A stretch of DNA of 45,155 bases from an uncultured Luminiphilus sp. (GTDB taxonomy: Bacteria; Pseudomonadota; Gammaproteobacteria; Pseudomonadales; Halieaceae). The position numbers and the translations under genes are program-made. Positions 39,307 through 45,155 of the stretch are shown in pieces. Below the pieces are notes generated by a model that had not been told where the DNA came from, made no database searches, and saw only the letters and a list, made by a program, of their open reading frames with translations. Each line of letters starts with the position of its first letter. Position 1 is the first letter of the stretch. The stretch spans positions 1 to 45,155 of the forward strand of contig CALKHC010000111.1 in assembly GCA_938091425.1 (NCBI GenBank), in the 5' to 3' direction.

Positions 39307-40233
39307 TTGAAATTAATTCTCCTCAACCGACACGCTGCGTCCCGGACTCTTGAGCTGGGGAAATGGTCGTTGGCGTTACTTTCGGCCTGTGTTATCGGTG
39401 CGCCGTTAGGCTTGGTGGGGGTCAGCTATCAACTCGGATTTGGCGAGGGCGTGGCGTCTGAGCAAGCGGCTCGTGTGTCTGCGCAGGAACAGCAGGCGAC
39501 TGATCGCGCTGAAGCGCTGGCCCAAATGGGTGTGGAGGCGCAATCCCGTCTCACGGCAATGACGCGGCGACTGGCGAGTCTGCAAGCACATGTGACGCGT
39601 TTGGATGCACTGGGCAGCCATTTGTCCGACTTGGCCGGTCTGGAGTCTGACGAATTTGATTTTTCCGGGCCGCCCGCATTGGGCGGGCCGGCTTTGCCGC
39701 TGAACGCAGCGTCGCCTAGCGTGGCAGAGTTGGACACCCAATACACGGCACTCGATGCCCTATTCGCGCGCCGCGAGGTGCAGTTTGATGTTTTGGCGGG
39801 GCTGCTCTCCGCAGAACAACTCAGAGCCGAGGCCACGCCTGAGGGGCGACCGATTCGCTCCGGCTGGCAGTCCTCGCCTTATGGTAGCCGCATCGATCCC
39901 ATTACGGGTGAGCGTGCGTGGCACGACGGCGCCGATTTTGCTGGCCGAGAGGGCGCCGACATCCTCGCTGTTGCCAGTGGCGTGGTGAGTTGGAGCGGCT
40001 ACAAGTCTGGTTACGGCACCATGGTCGAGGTCTCCCACGGGGATAGTCTTAGCACGCGCTATGCCCACAACCAGCAAAATTTGGTCGATGTGGGTGATTT
40101 GGTTCGAAGGGGTGATGTGATTGCACTGATGGGGAGTTCAGGCCGCTCAACGGGCCCCCACGTGCATTTTGAAGTCTTTAAGAACGGCCGCGCGGTCGAC
40201 CCCGCCACCTACGTGCGTCGCACGCATCGCTGA
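39307..40233 (+). CDS. M23 family metallopeptidase with N-terminal anchor and coiled coil
   Basis: HDGAD (HxxxD), YAH, GRSTGPHVHFEV (HxH); conserved position upstream of secA. Confidence 0.92.
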   Translation: MKLILLNRHAASRTLELGKWSLALLSACVIGAPLGLVGVSYQLGFGEGVASEQAARVSAQEQQATDRAEALAQMGVEAQSRLTAMTRRLASLQAHVTRLDALGSHLSDLAGLESDEFDFSGPPALGGPALPLNAASPSVAELDTQYTALDALFARREVQFDVLAGLLSAEQLRAEATPEGRPIRSGWQSSPYGSRIDPITGERAWHDGADFAGREGADILAVASGVVSWSGYKSGYGTMVEVSHGDSLSTRYAHNQQNLVDVGDLVRRGDVIALMGSSGRSTGPHVHFEVFKNGRAVDPATYVRRTHR

Positions 40234-40300
40234 CAAGTGAATCCTGGCGCGTCCGCGCCTACCAATCCGGATTCCCTTGTGACCTAACAGTGAGCTTTCC

Positions 40301-43009
40301 ATGCTATCTACCGTGAAAAAAATATTTGGCACCCGTAATGACCGGGAGCTGAAGCGAATGCGCAAAGTCGTCGCCCGCATCAATGCGCTTGAGGAACCGA
40401 TGCAGGCTCTGGACGCCGCCGCCCTGCGCGCGAAAACTGATGAGTTTCGCTCGCGCCTTAGGGAAGGCGAGAAACTCGATCAGCTGCTCCCCGAGGCGTT
40501 TGCGGTGGTGCGCGAGGCTGGAGTGCGCGCACTGGGTATGCGGCACTTTGACGTGCAGCTGATCGGTGGCATGACGCTCCATGATGGCAAGATCGCGGAG
40601 ATGCGTACTGGAGAAGGCAAGACCTTGGTTGCCACGCTGCCGGCTTATCTCAACGCGCTACCTGATCACAGTGTTCATCTGGTGACGGTAAATGATTATC
40701 TCGCCAGTCGCGATGCCGCCTGGATGGGGCCGCTTTATGAATTTCTGGGTCTGACCGTGGGTGTGGTGCGATCTGGGCAGAGTGCCGAAGAGAAGACAAC
40801 GGCCTATGGCTGCGATGTGGTGTACGGCACCAACAACGAGTTTGGCTTTGACTATCTGCGCGACAACATGGCCTTCAGCATGGCCGACAAGAGCCAAGGC
40901 AAATTGGCGTTTGCCATCGTCGACGAGGTCGACTCCATCCTGATCGATGAGGCACGCACGCCACTCATTATCTCCGGTGCGGTAGAGGACAGCTCTGAGC
41001 TTTACAAGACCATCAATCGACTGATTCCCAAACTGACTCCTGAAGTGGAAGAGCAGGAGGGCGACTTCACGGTCGATGAGAAGCAGCGCAGCATTGAATT
41101 GACTGAGAGTGGTCACGAGAAAGTGGAGGGGATGCTGATCGAGGCCGGCCTCCTGCAAGACGACGACTCCCTTTACGCTGCGACCAACCTCGGGTTGTTG
41201 CACCACGTGCACTCGGGCTTGCGCGCCCATGTGCTGTTCCAGCGCGATGTGGAATACATTGTTCAGGAAGGTCAGGTGGTGCTGATTGATGAGCACACGG
41301 GTCGTACCATGGCGGGCCGCCGATTATCAGAAGGTTTGCATCAGGCTATTGAGGCCAAGGAAGGAGTCAAGATTCAGAGTGAGAGCCAGACACTCGCCTC
41401 AACCACCTTCCAGAACTTCTTCCGCATCTACGACAAGCTGGCGGGTATGACCGGGACGGCCGATACCGAGGCCTTCGAATTCCGCCAGATTTACGGTCTG
41501 GACTGTGTGGTGATCCCAACCAATGTGCCCATGCTTCGGGATGACCTCAACGATCTCGTGTATTTGACTCGCGAGGAAAAGTTTGAAGCCATCATCGAGG
41601 ATGTGCGCTCCTGTATTGACAGTGGCGCACCGGTGTTGGTGGGTACAGCGTCTGTGGAAACGTCAGAAGAACTCTCTAAGGCGTTTCAACAGCAGAAGAT
41701 TGATCACAAAGTGTTGAACGCCAAGTACCACGAGCAAGAGGCGGAGATCATCGCTCAGGCCGGACGCCCTGGCGTGGTGACCATTGCCACCAACATGGCG
41801 GGCCGTGGGACCGATATCGTGCTGGGCGGGAACCTGGAGGCAGAGTTGGCGTCTCAGGGCGACGCGCTGGATGATGCAACCCGCGAGCGGCTGACCGCTG
41901 ATTGGCAAACGCGCCACGATGCGGTCATCGAAGCCGGTGGACTCCACATTCTCGGCACTGAACGCCACGAGTCACGTCGTATCGACAATCAGCTGCGCGG
42001 ACGCTCCGGACGACAGGGGGACCCCGGGGTTTCGCGTTTCTATCTGTCTCTTGAAGACAGCCTGATGCGCATTTTCGCCTCCGAGCGGGTCAAGAGTTTC
42101 ATGCAAGCCCTCGGCATGGAACGCGGTGAGGCCATCGAGCACCGCATGGTGACCAATGCCATCGAAAAAGCGCAGCGGAAAGTCGAAGGACGCAACTTTG
42201 ATATCCGCAAGCAATTGCTCGAATACGACGACGTGGCCAATGATCAGCGCCAGATCATTTATCGCCAGCGAGACGAGTTGCTGTCGGATGACGAAATCGG
42301 CGAGACCATCACCGCGATCCGCGAGGATGTGGTGAATGATGCCGTTGACAGCTTCATCCCGCCGATGAGCGTGGAGGAGCAATGGGATATACCTGGATTG
42401 GAAAAACAGTTGGAAGCCGAGTTTGGGCTGAGTCTACCGGTGGCACAGTGGCTCGATGAAGACGACACGCTCCACGAAGAGAGCTTGCGACAACGCATTG
42501 TCGGCGCGGTGCAGTCGGCTTATGACGAGAAAGCTGAGGGCATTGGCCCTGGGATGCGCCAACTCGAGAAGCAGATCATGCTGCAGGTGCTGGATACGCT
42601 ATGGAAAGAACACCTTCAAGTGATGGATCAACTCCGGCAGGGCATCCACTTGCGGGCCTATGCGAATAAGAACCCCAAGCAGGAATACAAACGCGAGTCT
42701 TTTGCGTTGTTCGAAAGCCTCTTGCAGCGGCTGAAGTACGAGGTGGTGCGGTTCCTGAGCAACGTGCAGGTGCAGCGGTCTGATGAGGCGGCGGCTATCG
42801 AGCAAAAGCGTCGGGAGGCCGCGGCAAAGCAGAAAATGGCCTTTGAGCATGCCGATGCCGGATCTGCTGTGCCCGAGGCGGCAGAGGCGCCGCCGCAACC
42901 GGCGACCCCACAACCCGTTACCCGGGCGCAACCCAAGGTGGGGCGTAACGACCCCTGCCCCTGTGGCAGTGGCAAAAAGTACAAGCAATGTCACGGCGCA
43001 CTGAGCTGA
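40301..43009 (+). CDS. secA: Preprotein translocase ATPase SecA
   Basis: [52 protein letters not shown]-terminal [13 protein letters not shown]. Confidence 0.99.
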   Translation: MLSTVKKIFGTRNDRELKRMRKVVARINALEEPMQALDAAALRAKTDEFRSRLREGEKLDQLLPEAFAVVREAGVRALGMRHFDVQLIGGMTLHDGKIAEMRTGEGKTLVATLPAYLNALPDHSVHLVTVNDYLASRDAAWMGPLYEFLGLTVGVVRSGQSAEEKTTAYGCDVVYGTNNEFGFDYLRDNMAFSMADKSQGKLAFAIVDEVDSILIDEARTPLIISGAVEDSSELYKTINRLIPKLTPEVEEQEGDFTVDEKQRSIELTESGHEKVEGMLIEAGLLQDDDSLYAATNLGLLHHVHSGLRAHVLFQRDVEYIVQEGQVVLIDEHTGRTMAGRRLSEGLHQAIEAKEGVKIQSESQTLASTTFQNFFRIYDKLAGMTGTADTEAFEFRQIYGLDCVVIPTNVPMLRDDLNDLVYLTREEKFEAIIEDVRSCIDSGAPVLVGTASVETSEELSKAFQQQKIDHKVLNAKYHEQEAEIIAQAGRPGVVTIATNMAGRGTDIVLGGNLEAELASQGDALDDATRERLTADWQTRHDAVIEAGGLHILGTERHESRRIDNQLRGRSGRQGDPGVSRFYLSLEDSLMRIFASERVKSFMQALGMERGEAIEHRMVTNAIEKAQRKVEGRNFDIRKQLLEYDDVANDQRQIIYRQRDELLSDDEIGETITAIREDVVNDAVDSFIPPMSVEEQWDIPGLEKQLEAEFGLSLPVAQWLDEDDTLHEESLRQRIVGAVQSAYDEKAEGIGPGMRQLEKQIMLQVLDTLWKEHLQVMDQLRQGIHLRAYANKNPKQEYKRESFALFESLLQRLKYEVVRFLSNVQVQRSDEAAAIEQKRREAAAKQKMAFEHADAGSAVPEAAEAPPQPATPQPVTRAQPKVGRNDPCPCGSGKKYKQCHGALS

Positions 43010-43058
43010 CCACTGGCGTGGCAATAACGCGGCAGCTGCTCTCTGTAGGCGCGGGCCG

Positions 43059-44252
43059 ATGAGCGCTGCGGTGGCGGGGGTGCAGTTGGGCGTCGCGCAA
43101 GCGGGCATCAAAAAGGCAGACCACGATGATCTTGTAGTCATCGCCCTGGCCCCGGGCACTCGCACATCAGCGCTGTTTACCCAGAATACGTTTCGTGCGG
43201 CCCCGGTGCAGCTCGCAGAGGCGTATCTTGCAGCAGCCGAGGCACAGCCGCGCTACCTGCTGATCAATACCGGTAATGCCAACGCCGGCACCGGCGAAGC
43301 CGGTATCGCTGCAGCAGCCGATTGTTGCGAGGCGTTGGCACAGTTGACCGAGACCGACGCCACGCAGGTCTTGCCGTTCTCCACCGGTGTGATTGGCGAA
43401 TTACTGTCGGCCGAGCAGATCTGTGCCGCCCTGCCTGCGGCGCTAAATGACCTGACTGATGAAGGTTGGGAGTGTGCCGCGGGTGCCATTTTGACCACTG
43501 ACACCCGCGCCAAGTTGCGCAGCATTGAGGTGGAATTAGATGGTCAACGCTGCGCCATCACGGGTATCGCCAAGGGCGCAGGCATGATCTGTCCCAATAT
43601 GGCGACCATGCTGGCCTTCGTGGCAACCGATGCTGGCATTGACGCTCCGCTCCTCAACGATTTGCTCTCGGCGGCGGTGCAGGCGAGCTTCAATCGCATT
43701 ACAGTCGACGGGGATACCTCAACTAACGATGCAGTCACGCTCTCGGCCACAGGACAGAGTGATATCGAGATCACAGCTGGCTCTGAATACGCCGAGCACT
43801 TTGCGCAGGCGCTGACGACACTGATGATTGAGCTGGCGCAGGATATTGTGCGTGACGGTGAGGGCGCGAGTAAGTTTGTGGAGATTCGTGTCACGGGGGG
43901 CGAGTCTGAAGAAGCCTGCGATCAGGTGGCGCGCACCGTGGCCCATTCCCCTTTGGTCAAAACCGCGTTGTTTGCCTCGGATCCCAACTGGGGCCGCATT
44001 TTGGCGGCCATCGGTCGCGCCGGCCTTGACGATCTGGACACCGACGCGGTGTCTATCCACCTTAACGGTGTGCTGATTGTCGAGCACGGCGCGCGCGCCG
44101 GGTCCTATACCGAGGAAAAAGGTCAGGAGGCGATGGCGTCAGGAGATCTCCTGATTGATATTGCACTCAATCGGGGCGATGCCGCGGCGGTGATCTGGAC
44201 CACCGACCTCTCCTACGACTACGTCCGCATCAACGCTGAATACCGTACCTAA
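43059..44252 (+). CDS. argJ: Glutamate N-acetyltransferase / amino-acid acetyltransferase ArgJ
   Basis: NTGNANAGTG, STGVIG, KGAGMICPNMATML (autocleavage Thr), DGDTSTND, DGEGA, DPNWGR, INAEYRT. Confidence 0.98.
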   Translation: MSAAVAGVQLGVAQAGIKKADHDDLVVIALAPGTRTSALFTQNTFRAAPVQLAEAYLAAAEAQPRYLLINTGNANAGTGEAGIAAAADCCEALAQLTETDATQVLPFSTGVIGELLSAEQICAALPAALNDLTDEGWECAAGAILTTDTRAKLRSIEVELDGQRCAITGIAKGAGMICPNMATMLAFVATDAGIDAPLLNDLLSAAVQASFNRITVDGDTSTNDAVTLSATGQSDIEITAGSEYAEHFAQALTTLMIELAQDIVRDGEGASKFVEIRVTGGESEEACDQVARTVAHSPLVKTALFASDPNWGRILAAIGRAGLDDLDTDAVSIHLNGVLIVEHGARAGSYTEEKGQEAMASGDLLIDIALNRGDAAAVIWTTDLSYDYVRINAEYRT

Positions 44253-44253
44253 T

Positions 44254-44643
44254 ATGGCACTGGTCACCGTCGCGGTCGGCATCCTGATCGATGACGCCGG
44301 TCGGGTGCTGGTCACTCGTCGCGCGCCGCATGCGCACCAGGGCGGTTTATGGGAATTCCCCGGTGGCAAGGTGGAAACACACGAGAGCATCTTTAAGGCG
44401 CTGGCCCGGGAGCTCAGAGAGGAGTTAGGTGTGCTCGTTGAGGCCAGTGAGCCCTTGATGGTGCTGGAGCACGATTACGGTGACAAACAGGTGAGGCTGG
44501 ATGTCCACCGCGTCACGCGCTGGTGGGGAGAGCCGCGCGGTCTGGAGGGTCAGCCTTTGGCATGGCAGCAACCTGAGCAACTGCAAGACTGGGCGTTTCC
44601 AGCTGCCAATAGGCCAATTTTGGAGCGATTGCTCTCCGATTAA
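44254..44643 (+). CDS. mutT: 8-oxo-dGTP diphosphatase MutT (stand-alone Nudix)
   Basis: HQGGLWEFPGGKVE...RELREELG Nudix box; FPAAN. Confidence 0.92.
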   Translation: MALVTVAVGILIDDAGRVLVTRRAPHAHQGGLWEFPGGKVETHESIFKALARELREELGVLVEASEPLMVLEHDYGDKQVRLDVHRVTRWWGEPRGLEGQPLAWQQPEQLQDWAFPAANRPILERLLSD

Positions 44644-45155
44644 TGCGCCGTCGCGCGCGCCAATAGCGTTTTGTGCAACACTGCCGCCCGTTCATGCAGC
44701 GCGTCCAGCGACGTGCTGTTGTCGATCACGATGTCAGAGCGTGCAATCCGCGCTTCACGATCCAGTTGTGCTGCCATGATCTGCTCCACAAGCTGCCGGT
44801 CATTGTTATCCCGGGCGATGGTGCGCTCTATTTGCAGCGTTTCGGGCACGTCGACGACGACACTGACATCCACCATCTCCGACTGACCGCTTTCCAGCAA
44901 GAGCGGGGAGCTCAGCACGACATAGGGAGACGTTGCCTCACTCATCTGTCTGACCAGTTCGTCGCGAATACGGGGATGGGTGATGGCCTCCAGCGTCTTC
45001 CGCTGATTTTCATCGGCGAAGACCCGTTGACGAAGCGCGGCGCGGTTGAGTTGCCCGTCGGGCTGCAGAAACTCCTTACCGAAGGTCTCGGCAATTTCCT
45101 CGAGCGCCGGTTGGCCGGGCTCAACCACGACGCGCGCGGCGAGATCAGCATCCAC
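44640..45155 (-). CDS. coaE: Dephospho-CoA kinase, C-terminal part (5' end outside window)
   Basis: DADLAARVVVEPG, LNRAALR, LEAITHPRI, PLLLE, IMAAQ, DIVIDN. Confidence 0.95.
   Translation of the reverse strand: MDADLAARVVVEPGQPALEEIAETFGKEFLQPDGQLNRAALRQRVFADENQRKTLEAITHPRIRDELVRQMSEATSPYVVLSSPLLLESGQSEMVDVSVVVDVPETLQIERTIARDNNDRQLVEQIMAAQLDREARIARSDIVIDNSTSLDALHERAAVLHKTLLARATAH

Overview
A compact housekeeping region of a GC-rich (roughly 58-60% by eye) gammaproteobacterial chromosome. Gene order and protein style suggest a Pseudomonadales/Cellvibrionales-type organism, possibly Halieaceae (OM60/NOR5); this placement is inference. Content in order: lptA(partial)-lptC-kdsC-kdsD-yrbG (minus); mlaC-ibaG/bolA-murA-hisG-hisD; algW/degS; Nif3-like; zapG; zapE; rplM-rpsI; an SMR transporter; petA plus a single fused cytochrome b-c1 gene; sspAB; dolP-gmhA/diaA-like-yraN-lpoA (minus); rsmI; RNase P RNA (rnpB); the dcw cluster mraZ to ftsZ and lpxC; an M23 peptidase; secA; argJ; mutT; coaE (partial). 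I see no mobile element, CRISPR array, tRNA or rRNA, and no convincing new multi-gene system. The most notable items are a 5 x 24-bp hairpin-bearing tandem array between ftsZ and lpxC, the cytochrome b-c1 fusion with an internal signal-peptide-like linker, a SIS protein lacking GmhA catalytic motifs, an SxN-to-SxQ change in FtsI, an extended phased array of MraZ-type boxes, candidate structured RNAs upstream of zapG and the SMR gene, and several genes missing from otherwise conserved neighbourhoods (mlaFED/mlaB, hisC, dciA, zapD/yacG).
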